From Candidatus Poribacteria bacterium (GTDB lineage: Bacteria > Poribacteria > WGA-4E > PCPOR2b), in contig OZ244587.1 of the NCBI GenBank assembly GCA_965218095.1, positions 5,056,001 through 5,120,000 of the forward strand: 64,000 nucleotides of DNA, in the 5' to 3' direction. This document shows positions 41,149-50,051 of the stretch, one piece after another (position 1 is the first letter of the stretch; every line of letters begins with the position of its first letter). A program made the position numbers and the translations under genes. The notes below the pieces were generated by a model. It made no database searches, was not told the origin of the DNA, and saw only the letters and a list, made by a program, of their open reading frames with translations.

Positions 41149-42030
41149 ATGAAACGCCTATTTGTTGTTGCTATACTGCTTGTATCGCTGGGATTACCAT
41201 GTTCCGCGTTCTCGGAATTAACACACTCGGATATTGAGAAGGTTCGAGAAGTGATCAAGTCTGAAAACGCGATAATCCAGTCGGAAATGACGGCACTTAA
41301 ACTTCGGCTTGTCCAAAAGATTCAGGAGTCCGAAAACCGGCTACAGTCTGAGTTGAATACTCAATTAAGTGCTCGAATGAATGATTTCACGCTTATTTTC
41401 GGCATCACTGCTGGGGGCTTTTTCTTGCTATTTGCAACGCTTATAGTAGCCAATGCTTTGAAGGGGCGCGTAAATAAGAGGTTGACAGTATTTCTGATCG
41501 CAGCCTTATGTTGCACTTTGTTCAGCCATTCTCAACTCATAGCCGTTGATAAGACTACAGTTTTTGATGAGATTGAGTGTACAAAGCTAACAGTTTTTGA
41601 TAAGACAGGGAAAACAGCAATTCGCTTATACGCTACTGAATCAGAGAATCATGTTCTTATCCATGGCAAAGCGAAAGAATCGGGAATCCAATTATCCGCT
41701 TCTCAATCGAGGAATGATATAATTGTCCACGGCAAAGAAAAATCAGGGGTAAGTTTATCTGCCACTGAATTAGGGAGTGGTTTGGCTGTCTTTGATGAAG
41801 TGAGGAAAAGGGCAATTCAAATACTCGGCACTGAATCAGAGAATTTTGTGGCTGTTTACGATAAAATGGGGAAAGTGGCATCTCAATTAACTGCCGATGA
41901 ATCAGGGAATGGTGTAATTGTCCATGATAAGACAGAGGGCACGGCAGCGGTTTTCTTATCTTCCCTTGAATCGAATAATGGTATAGTTGTCATGGATAAG
42001 ACAGGAAACGTAACGTGGCGGGCACCTTAG
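41149..42030 (+). CDS. Passenger: exported/membrane protein with coiled coil, 2 TM and ~22-aa beta repeats
   Basis: Own promoter (TTGACT...CATAAT, ~41056-41084) and AAGGAGG RBS; repeats such as LTVFDKTGKTAIRLYATESENH / VAVYDKMGKVASQLTADESGNG. Confidence 0.8.
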   Translation: MKRLFVVAILLVSLGLPCSAFSELTHSDIEKVREVIKSENAIIQSEMTALKLRLVQKIQESENRLQSELNTQLSARMNDFTLIFGITAGGFFLLFATLIVANALKGRVNKRLTVFLIAALCCTLFSHSQLIAVDKTTVFDEIECTKLTVFDKTGKTAIRLYATESENHVLIHGKAKESGIQLSASQSRNDIIVHGKEKSGVSLSATELGSGLAVFDEVRKRAIQILGTESENFVAVYDKMGKVASQLTADESGNGVIVHDKTEGTAAVFLSSLESNNGIVVMDKTGNVTWRAP

Positions 42031-42043
42031 GGAGGTATAAGGT

Positions 42044-42295
42044 TTGTTTATCAGCAATGTTGATGATGATGATTTTTGTGATGTTGACATCATTGTCCGT
42101 CTACAGAAAAAGCGGGATAGAGATGGAACATTTTCTGTTCATGCTTACTTAAAGGATAACTCTTGGGAGTCCATTATCCTTTTGTCTGATGCCTCTGAGG
42201 ATGAAGCAAGGGATTTAATTCATCGTGTTGGGGAATTAAAAGACAGAAAAGGTGCTGGCTCTGACCGGGTTATCTACTATCCTGCCAAGTCTTGA
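42044..42295 (+). CDS. Passenger: 83-aa hypothetical protein 'orfA', copy 2
   Basis: 267-bp direct repeat 42031-42297 vs 40780-41046, about 13 mismatches by eye, 4 aa changes. Confidence 0.72.
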   Translation: MFISNVDDDDFCDVDIIVRLQKKRDRDGTFSVHAYLKDNSWESIILLSDASEDEARDLIHRVGELKDRKGAGSDRVIYYPAKS

Positions 42296-42332
42296 CATAT
42301 TTGAGAAGTTTATCAGGGAATGCTTTGTATAA
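42295..42332 (+). repeat. Second copy of the transposase 3' end (38 bp)
   Basis: ACATATTTGAGAAGTTTATCAGGGAATGCTTTGTATAA vs 40530-40567 ACATCTTCAAGAAGTTTATCAGGGAGTGTTTTGTATAA. Confidence 0.85.
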
Positions 42333-42601
42333 GCACCCCCTGAGTGCCTAAGCATTATTGCTTAGGAAATGTGACAGGTGACAATGAAGCGGCACCTTGT
42401 CCCATTCCCGGCTTATGCCGGTTTGCAATACGCTGAAACGTTGCAGCGTGTTGCTTTTCAGCTTTAGTGGGATAAAGCAACTGTCTTACCATTGCTTTAA
42501 CACCATCGTTGCTGTTTGAACAACGCATGAGGACTCACCTCCTTTCTGTGTTGTGACGTGAGAGGGTGTCCGGTGGTTAGACCGGGCACCCTACTTCTTT
42601 T
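42333..42601 (+). ncRNA. Candidate structured RNA ending in an intrinsic terminator
   Basis: Run of hairpins (CCTAAGCA/TGCTTAGG, CCGGC/GCCGG, GCAATACGCTG/CAGCGTGTTGC, TAAAGCAA/TTGCTTTA, AGGGTGTCCGGT/ACCGGGCACCCT + U-tract); G-U pairs favour the + strand. Confidence 0.4.
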
Positions 42602-42803
42602 ACTTGTTAGATTTTGTTCTAAAATGATTGATAATTCCATACCCAATCAACCAGATTACCAAAAACATACCAGAAGCAACAAGGTAAAGTGGCCATACAG
42701 GCATATTCACGATTGCCCCAATTAACCATGTAACAACTACAATTGATCGCATCCATGGTTTGTTATAGAACAGAAGCAGGATTGAAGCGGCTAAGAATAT
42801 CAT
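42600..42803 (-). CDS. Passenger: 67-aa very hydrophobic small protein
   Basis: AAAGGA RBS; MIFLAASILLLFY...basic C-terminus RTKSNK. Confidence 0.55.
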   Translation of the reverse strand: MIFLAASILLLFYNKPWMRSIVVVTWLIGAIVNMPVWPLYLVASGMFLVIWLIGYGIINHFRTKSNK

Positions 42804-43071
42804 CTTGGGGTGTTCCTTTCTGTAGTGAGTGAAAGTTAAAACAAGCCTAAAGTTTATAACCGCGTAATGGTATATCTCTCTTCGATGAAAAGGGACAGAC
42901 AGGGGTTGCCTTATATACTTATGGAAGAAATGGTATGTATATCTGCGATAAAACAGGAGAGGCGATATGGGATGCGCCTTGATGAATGGCTTACTGTACT
43001 TGATATAGGAGGTGATTATCATAGCAACTCAAGAACTTACTCAAGAAGAAAGAGAAGAGAAACATCAAGAA

Positions 43072-43413
43072 TTAGTCGAGATAGCGGAGGCTTCTAAACT
43101 CGTCCTCAAGCGAACTCGCCAATTCCTTGATGGCATCAATCCGCATATCAGAAGTTTTGGCGAGTTCATTCATCCCCCCATTGATAAGGGCATGTCCGTC
43201 TAATACTTGCTTATAGCCCCACGCAATCATAGCAATTCCCTTGTTATAGGTTGCTAATGGATGCTGTGGATCAAAGCGGAGTGCCGCGTCAAAATCGGCA
43301 ATACCTTCTTTATAGTCGTGTTTATGGCATTTGTCAACGCCATTATTGGTAATGAGATTTGCATTTGTCCTGGCAGTATTAACGCGCTTGTAGTCGGGCA
43401 GTTGGTAGTTCAT
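43072..43413 (-). CDS. Passenger: small TPR-repeat protein
   Basis: NNG...DYKEGIADFDAALRFDPQHPLATYNKGIA TPR; AAGGAGG RBS; inward promoter TTGACA...TGATATATT in the right IR. Confidence 0.72.
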   Translation of the reverse strand: MNYQLPDYKRVNTARTNANLITNNGVDKCHKHDYKEGIADFDAALRFDPQHPLATYNKGIAMIAWGYKQVLDGHALINGGMNELAKTSDMRIDAIKELASSLEDEFRSLRYLD

Positions 43414-43677
43414 AATAATCCTCCTTTGGTGAGGGTTGAAATTAAAGTCTGCTACTATTAATAATTAGCGGACTGTACACCCTTAATATATCATACAAAA
43501 AGGCGAATTGTCAAGCCTTAATCTATTAAATGCGTTTGTAAAATAAGGTCAGACAGTGTTCAAAACTCCAAACAGTGAGACTCCTAGAATCTTCCATCAC
43601 AGGTTGCTCTGAATCCTCGACGCTTCGTCGGGATGCAATCAGGGAAGGATTCCGGGAATCTCAGGGAATACCGCACC

Positions 43678-44556
43678 ATGAAACTGACAAAGGAACAGAT
43701 CGAGCAGTTCGATACCGAAGGCTGGGTGCTGCTGCCTGACCAGTTCAGTCAGGAAGAAATTGACGTCCTCAACGATGAACTGCCGAAGATTTTCGCGATG
43801 CGTCGCGAGGAGGTCTGGCGCGAAAAGGACGGACAAGCGGTTCGCACCGCCTTCGCCGTACATACCTACAACGAGGCGTTCTCCTGCCTGGGACGCCATC
43901 CGCGCCTAATCGAGCCGGTCATGCAACTCCTCGGCGGACCGGTGTACATGCACCAGTACAAGATTAACGGGAAGGCCGCCTTCAGCGGCGACGTCTGGCA
44001 GTGGCACCAGGACTACGGCACCTGGGCACGCGACGACCGGATGCCACAACCGCGGGCGATGAACATCGCGCTGTTCATTGACGAGGTAACCGAGTTCAAC
44101 GGTCCCCTCTATCTCATCCCACGCAGCCACAAGCAGGGCGTGATAGAGGCAGGCCATGACACGTTGACCACGTCCTATCCGCTGTGGACACTCGACAAGG
44201 AAACGGTAAGCCGTTTGGCAAACGAAGGCGGCATCGTCGCGCCCAAGGGCAAGCCGGGCGCCGTGCTGCTGTTCCACTCCAACATGGTGCACGCATCGGC
44301 GCCCAACATCAGCCCATGGGGCCGGGTGATTGTATATCTGAGCCTCTGTCATGTGGACAACCACATCCAAAAGTTCAAGCGCCCGGAGTGGATCGCCCAC
44401 CGCAACTTCACGCCGATTGAGCCGCTGGATGACGATTGTCTGCTGGAACTCGCCCAGGCGAATAGACGAATGGGCGCAGTACTACTAGAGTCAGGTAGAA
44501 AATCCAGTTGTGATACGGCTTCAGAGGCTATGATCAAGGAGGTAAACAATGAGTAA
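43678..44556 (+). CDS. PhyH family dioxygenase (ectoine/proline hydroxylase-like)
   Basis: YMHQYKINGKAAFSGDVWQWHQDYGTW, NGPL..IPRSH, MVHAS..N. Confidence 0.9.
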   Translation: MKLTKEQIEQFDTEGWVLLPDQFSQEEIDVLNDELPKIFAMRREEVWREKDGQAVRTAFAVHTYNEAFSCLGRHPRLIEPVMQLLGGPVYMHQYKINGKAAFSGDVWQWHQDYGTWARDDRMPQPRAMNIALFIDEVTEFNGPLYLIPRSHKQGVIEAGHDTLTTSYPLWTLDKETVSRLANEGGIVAPKGKPGAVLLFHSNMVHASAPNISPWGRVIVYLSLCHVDNHIQKFKRPEWIAHRNFTPIEPLDDDCLLELAQANRRMGAVLLESGRKSSCDTASEAMIKEVNNE

Positions 44557-45559
44557 GGTCAAATATGCCGTCATCGGCTTGGGGTGGTTTGGTGAAAAGC
44601 ATTGTGAGGTGCTGGCTGGCCTCCCAAACGTGGAACTGTATGCACTCTGCACAAGAACAGAGTCAAGACTTAAACAACTCGCCGACGGATTCGATGTGAA
44701 GCACGCATACACAGACTACAACGAACTTCTAGCGAATCCGGAGGTCTCTGCCGTTAGCATCACGACCATGTGGGACCAGCACACGGCGCCGACGCTGGCT
44801 GCTCTCAAAGCCGGTAAACATGTCTTCTTGGAGAAACCCATGGCCTCGACGATTGTTGACTGCCAGTCCATCGTAGAGGCAGCCAACGCATCGAATAAGT
44901 TTTTCATGGTAGGCCACATTTGCCGTTTCAATCCCCGTTATGCAGCAGCAAAACAAGAAATCGAGGCGGGAAACATCGGCAAAATCGTGTCGATCTATGC
45001 TAGGCGAAATATTCCCGCGGCCGTTGGTAAGCAGGTCCTGGGTAAGATTGGACCGATTATTGGCGATGGGGTGCACGACACGGATCTCATGCTATGGTAC
45101 ACTGACGCTAAGATTGAGACGGCTTACGCTCAAACCGTCAGCGTGCGCGGTTTGAAATACCCGGACATCGGCTGGACCATGTATCGCTTCGATTCGGGTG
45201 CGGTTGGTGTCTGCGAGAACGTGTGGTTCTTGCCGGATAAGACGGCGTTTCAGATAGATGAGCGTATGGAAATCATCGGTACTGAAGGCGCGATCCACAT
45301 CCACGAGACCCACCCCAATTTCTCCGTCGTCGACGAAAACGGTTGGCGTTCGCCGGACACGACCTATTGGCCTGAATTACATGGTGTACGGGCTGGCGCT
45401 TTGCGTACCGAACTCGATTACTTTGTTACATGCATCTCCGCAGGCAAGCCACCAACGGTGATCCGTTCTGAAGAATCCATGGCGGCTGTACAAGCTTGTC
45501 TTGCCGCTGAAGCGTCCGCTGCAACAGGCGAGATTGTACGGGTCGAGGACATGCGCTAG
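44549..45559 (+). CDS. Gfo/Idh/MocA family oxidoreductase
   Basis: AVIGLGWFG, HVFLEKPMA; AGGAGG RBS. Confidence 0.92.
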   Translation: MSKVKYAVIGLGWFGEKHCEVLAGLPNVELYALCTRTESRLKQLADGFDVKHAYTDYNELLANPEVSAVSITTMWDQHTAPTLAALKAGKHVFLEKPMASTIVDCQSIVEAANASNKFFMVGHICRFNPRYAAAKQEIEAGNIGKIVSIYARRNIPAAVGKQVLGKIGPIIGDGVHDTDLMLWYTDAKIETAYAQTVSVRGLKYPDIGWTMYRFDSGAVGVCENVWFLPDKTAFQIDERMEIIGTEGAIHIHETHPNFSVVDENGWRSPDTTYWPELHGVRAGALRTELDYFVTCISAGKPPTVIRSEESMAAVQACLAAEASAATGEIVRVEDMR

Positions 45560-45623
45560 CACCTTTCGGAGAGAACGTAAGATGGTAAGAATACCCTGAA
45601 CCACCCCGGAAGGAGCTAAAAAC

Positions 45624-45971
45624 ATGCGAGAGTTTGATCACATGGGTCTTCCTACGGATGACAGACAACCTGACGAAATGTACGTTCCAGATACAAAGGT
45701 GTGGGTGACTGATCCGTTAGCGCACCCTTACAAAGTTGAATACTTGCGCTATGAACCTGACAGTCTGGTGACAGGGCCCGTACGAGATCTACCACACATC
45801 GCTTTTCGGGTTGATGATCTTGATAAAGTGATTGAGGGGGAGGAAGTCTTGCTGGGCCCCTTCTTTCCTACAGATACGCTGCGTGTGGTCTTTATTTTGA
45901 AAGACGGTGCGGTTTATGAGTTTATGGAGAGTTCAGAGTCTGGCCACTGGTTCCGGGGCAGAGATAATTAA
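45624..45971 (+). CDS. Hypothetical protein (VOC/glyoxalase-like)
   Basis: FDHMG...PHIAFRVDDL...VYEF; AAGGAG RBS. Confidence 0.7.
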   Translation: MREFDHMGLPTDDRQPDEMYVPDTKVWVTDPLAHPYKVEYLRYEPDSLVTGPVRDLPHIAFRVDDLDKVIEGEEVLLGPFFPTDTLRVVFILKDGAVYEFMESSESGHWFRGRDN

Positions 45972-45977
45972 ACGCTT

Positions 45978-46011
45978 GGTGTGAATTCGTTCTAGGTGTG
46001 AATTCGTTCTA
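45978..46011. repeat. Perfect 17-bp tandem duplication
   Basis: GGTGTGAATTCGTTCTA x2. Confidence 0.9.
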
Positions 46012-46082
46012 ATTGATAACGGATCAAAATCAAGGTTTTCGTCCACACTGATAATATGAATCGAATTCCTTAACGGGAGTTT

Positions 46083-47669
46083 TTGTTCTATTGCGACCCG
46101 GACGCCAAAATCAGATGCAGAGACTTTTCAAACACCCCCTCAGAACAAGTAAGGAGCAAGACATTGACAGCAGAAGGGTTCAGAACGGTATACGCCGATA
46201 CCGGCATCTATCCTGCGGTGACCTATTTGTTCATCGATGACCTGTTCATCTCGCGAATGGAGAATCTGCAGCGGTCTCCATGTCAGCCAACTAAAATAGA
46301 TGGACCAATTCTTCAAGCCAAAGAACCCTGGGAAGGCAATCACATCCATCTTTCCAATGGCTTTATGTATGACTCCGACGAGAATGTGTTCAAGCTGTGG
46401 TATGGCACCGACGACCCGCAGCACAATAAAGAGAAATACCCTGACCTGAACGCGACTGCCCAGATTGCTTACGCTGTCTCGTCCGACGGTCTGTGCTGGG
46501 AACGTCCTGATCTTGGCGTCAACCAATGGAACGGAAGCAAAAAGAACAATCTGATTTGTGTGCCACCATCCGCGGGTGATGGTATGACTCACAACATCAT
46601 TAAAGACACGCAAACGCAAGACCCAGACAAAAGATATGTCGCCCTGGGGGTGGAACGCCGCCCTCGCCAAGCTGACGACCCCCAGCAGATATGGAGCCAC
46701 CTGAACGAATCATTGCCCCTGATCTGTGGAATATCGCTGGGGTATTCTGCTGATGGTGTCCGATGGCGCCGGGAGGCTGGTCCGCCGCTGATGCCTATCC
46801 TGCTTATGCTCGATCAGGTTGTGCTTCATGGCTGGGACAAACAGCGTTGTAAATGGATGCTGTTTATTCGGGCGCGTTCGGAAACAGATGTTCCCACGGT
46901 TGGTTGGACCAAGTATCGAACGCTCGGGGTCAGTTTTACGGACGATCTTAAGGAGATCCCCTATCCGCAACTGGTCTTGGTGCCTGATGAGGTGGATCCG
47001 CCTTCTGTGCAGTTTGATCGCGTTTCTACCATCGAGGTCCCTGGCGGCTACGTGGGCCTGCTTGTGGTTTTAAAGGGTTCATCACAGCAAGGCTACCCAA
47101 TGGAGGTACAGCTCGCTTTCAGCCGCGACGGATATCTGTGGGATCGGCCAGCAGGACGGAAGACTTACTTTCCTATAGGCGAGCCGGGTCAATGGGACGA
47201 CCGTCGTATAATCCCCGCCAGGATGGCGTGTGTGGACGATACGATCTATATTTCCTATCGCGGGGATTGTGTGGGGAGCGATGCACGCCCCGCGACCAGC
47301 GCGATCGGCATGGCAACCTTGAAGAGGGATCGCTGGGCTGCCATTGAGCCGGTTGCAGACTCGGGCTTGCTGCACACCCGAGCGACCTATTTTGCCCAGA
47401 ATTTCCTGAAGGTGAACGCAGACGCCAGCAAGGGCAGCCTTCGCGCCGAGCTTCTCGACGCCCTGGGCAATCCCGTCGAAGGATTCTCCGTAGCGGAGTC
47501 GGATCCGTTTTGTGGGGATTGCTTAGCCCACGCGATGACCTGGAAGGGCATATCCGACTTGACTGAGTTGGTCGGCACTGCAACCCACCAGGGCCGGCCA
47601 AATCCAGGCCGGATCATGAAGGTGCGATTTTATCTGGAACGGAGCAAGCTTTTTAGCTTTTCGTGTTAG
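46083..47669 (+). CDS. Glycoside-hydrolase-like beta-propeller protein (GH32/43-like fold); start uncertain
   Basis: LFIDD, PWE, FKLWY, Asp-box-like S.DG..W repeats, C-terminal VNADA..G.LRAELLD..G.PVEGFS. Confidence 0.7.
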   Translation: MFYCDPDAKIRCRDFSNTPSEQVRSKTLTAEGFRTVYADTGIYPAVTYLFIDDLFISRMENLQRSPCQPTKIDGPILQAKEPWEGNHIHLSNGFMYDSDENVFKLWYGTDDPQHNKEKYPDLNATAQIAYAVSSDGLCWERPDLGVNQWNGSKKNNLICVPPSAGDGMTHNIIKDTQTQDPDKRYVALGVERRPRQADDPQQIWSHLNESLPLICGISLGYSADGVRWRREAGPPLMPILLMLDQVVLHGWDKQRCKWMLFIRARSETDVPTVGWTKYRTLGVSFTDDLKEIPYPQLVLVPDEVDPPSVQFDRVSTIEVPGGYVGLLVVLKGSSQQGYPMEVQLAFSRDGYLWDRPAGRKTYFPIGEPGQWDDRRIIPARMACVDDTIYISYRGDCVGSDARPATSAIGMATLKRDRWAAIEPVADSGLLHTRATYFAQNFLKVNADASKGSLRAELLDALGNPVEGFSVAESDPFCGDCLAHAMTWKGISDLTELVGTATHQGRPNPGRIMKVRFYLERSKLFSFSC

Positions 47670-48214
47670 TTGTACGGCAAGGCGAAATTGTTACATGAGG
47701 AAATGATAGCTGTTTGATAAGCGCCGAAAGCGGCGGGTCGTATACAACGAGGACGCTGATCAACAGTACAAGAACGCGGAATCGAACCACAATCTTTTTG
47801 CGTAATTCAGCGCGACACGTCACTTTTAGCTGATTGAAAAACGAACACCGGGGATTTTTTTGTTGCGTCACAGTATCGTTTTGGGGTACAAAGTACGACA
47901 AGTCCTTAGGGAAATCAGGTTTTTGTACGAAGGCAGAGACGGTGCCGATTTGACGGTTTCATCAAGTCACCGCGTCCTTTTTTGCACGTTTCGTTACCGC
48001 TATTGGTCACCAGACCGTGCCGAAATCAACAATCCTGTCGTGGTGCGGGTTCGTCATTGAGATGAATTACGAAAATTTGTTGAGGGTATCAATTTACACC
48101 GATCTGATCGCTACCTGGCTGGTTGGTTGGCAACGGCTCAGGTCCCGAGGCCGTGTGGGACGCACGCCGGGGCCCGGCCGGATGGGCAAGCCACAAATGA
48201 CGAGGAGGCTGGGG

Positions 48215-49991
48215 GTGAGCGAGTTTAGAAACGATTACTTCACGGACCGATGGCTCAGCGGTGAGTCGACCTATTTGACCGACCTGGACCGCTGCCAGCC
48301 GTCGGCGGCGCTGACCCGCGATGCCCGGCGCGGGCAGTGGCGGATGCTCGACTATGAGACCGACACGTTGGCGGGTGTAATGTTGCTGGCGGGACCGGAG
48401 ACCGCCGCACCGGAGATTCGTTACCCGCTGCGTACCGCCGGCTGGCGTGCCATCTCGATTGGCTTCTACACGCAGCCTGGCGTCAGTTTACGGCTGCTGG
48501 TGAAACTTAGTGGCGAGGGGGCGTTCTGCAATCTGGTGATGCCCCAGCTTGAGGCAGACTGGACCACCCACTCAGCGGAAGCGGAGCAGATCCGCGAGAT
48601 CTTCTGGAAAGTCGCTGATCTCACCGGCCAGGAGCTCGTACTGGGCCAGGTGTCTTGGCAGGCGAGCGCCGGGGATGCGCCCGGCTCGGTGGTGGGCCTG
48701 GATGCCGCCATCGCCTATGTGAAGCTGACGCCGTTGAACGAGGCCGAGCGGACAGCGCATCGGGCCGACCAGCACGGCAGCGATACGCGTCATCTGTTCG
48801 CGCACAACGATGCACACGGACTGCACTGGATGTACCGTCTGACCGACGCCGACGGCATCCGGCGAGAGTTGGAGCCCTACCGTGACACCAAATTTCGCGC
48901 GGATCTACTGGGAAGCCGGCGCGGGCGATGTGATGAACTACCCTACCCAGATCGGCGAGATCCCCACCAGCGACAGCGCCGAGGATTTTGGGCGTCAGGG
49001 CAACCGGATGGTTGCGGAGAGCTGGCGCATTTTCCGCGAGAAAAGCATTGACCCGTTAGGGGTCGCGATCGAGTATGCGCATGGGTTCGGCTTGGAGCTG
49101 CACGCCAGCTACCGGGTGGCCGGATTCATGACCCCACCGCCACTGCCGGATTGGCATCAAAAGACATCCTTCTACCACCGGCATCCGGAGTTGCGTGGCG
49201 TGGATCGGGGCGGTGATTGGACGCCGCAGATCGCCTACACGTACCCGGAGACTCGCGAGTTCGTGCTATCGTTGCTGCGGGAAATTGCTGCGTACCCGGT
49301 GGATGGCATCTGCATCTTCTACAACCGGCGGCTGCCGCTGGTGGAGTACGAGCCCCCGCTGGTTGAGGGGTTCAAGGCGGAGTATGGCGTAGATGCGCGG
49401 GAGATCGACGCAAATGATCCGCGCTGGTTGGCCTTCCGGGCGCGGATCTTGACGGGCTTCATGTGTGACGTGTGCCGCACGATGGATGAGACAACCCAGG
49501 AACAAGGTCGCACCAAGCGGATCCAGGTCTCGGCAATCGTAATGGGCATCGAGGCGGAGAACCTCTTCAACGGAATCGACGCCAAGACATGGGTGAACGA
49601 GGACCTGGTCGACACCCTGATTCCCTACTCGTCGCATCCGAAGCGGGGCAGCAACTGTGAATCATGGACTGAGCAGCGCGATGTGGACTACTGGGTATCG
49701 CTGACGAAGGGGATGCCGTGCCTGCTGGCGCTGAACATCATGCCGCGGAACTTGAGTGCCGAGGGCTACCGGCGCCGAGCGGCGGCGCTGTACGATGCAG
49801 AGGTAGAGCACTTTTACTTCTGGGACACGGGCCCGTTCCATCCCGGATCCTGGGAGGCCCTGCGGCGGCTGGGTCATCTCGAGGAGATAAAGGCGTAGAT
49901 CGAGTCTGGCCAGCCAAGTCTTACACCGCCCAGCATGGTGGTGCGCAAGCTGGACAAGTGGCGGTTCGACGTTTATGGGACGGGGGAATAG
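48215..49991 (+). pseudogene. GHL10/DUF187-like TIM-barrel glycoside hydrolase with a frameshift (~48891) and an in-frame TAG (49896-49898)
   Basis: GAGGAGG RBS before GTG 48215; removing one A gives RDTNFARIYWE; AHGFGLELHASYR, HPE, YPVDGI; frame continues past TAG to 49991. Confidence 0.75.
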
Positions 49992-50051
49992 GGCTTAGGG
50001 GTAGCGGAACCATATTCTGTTACCCCTAATAGACTTCTAGGAGGAGAGGCA

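Larger units (their letters stand above)
39600..43534 (+). mobile_element. IS1595-family element with passenger genes (3935 bp)
   Basis: Inverted repeats CGCGCCTAATAGATTAAGGCTTGA / TCAAGCCTTAATCTATTAAATGCG; 9-bp direct repeat TTTGTAAAA at 39591-39599 and 43535-43543. Confidence 0.9.

Noticed and set aside
40780-42297. orfA repeats as a diversity-generating retroelement TR/VR pair
   Set aside because: Mismatches are not adenine-specific (many C/T, mostly silent) and there is no reverse transcriptase in the window
40530-42332. Classical integron with attC sites
   Set aside because: No tyrosine integrase and no RYYYAAC...GTTRRRY palindromic attC structures were seen at the module junctions
42355-42528. 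TnpB remnant (RQLLYPTKAEKQ resembles the TnpB N-terminal RLYPT motif) with omega RNA
   Set aside because: Similarity is only a few residues; no RuvC or zinc finger follows
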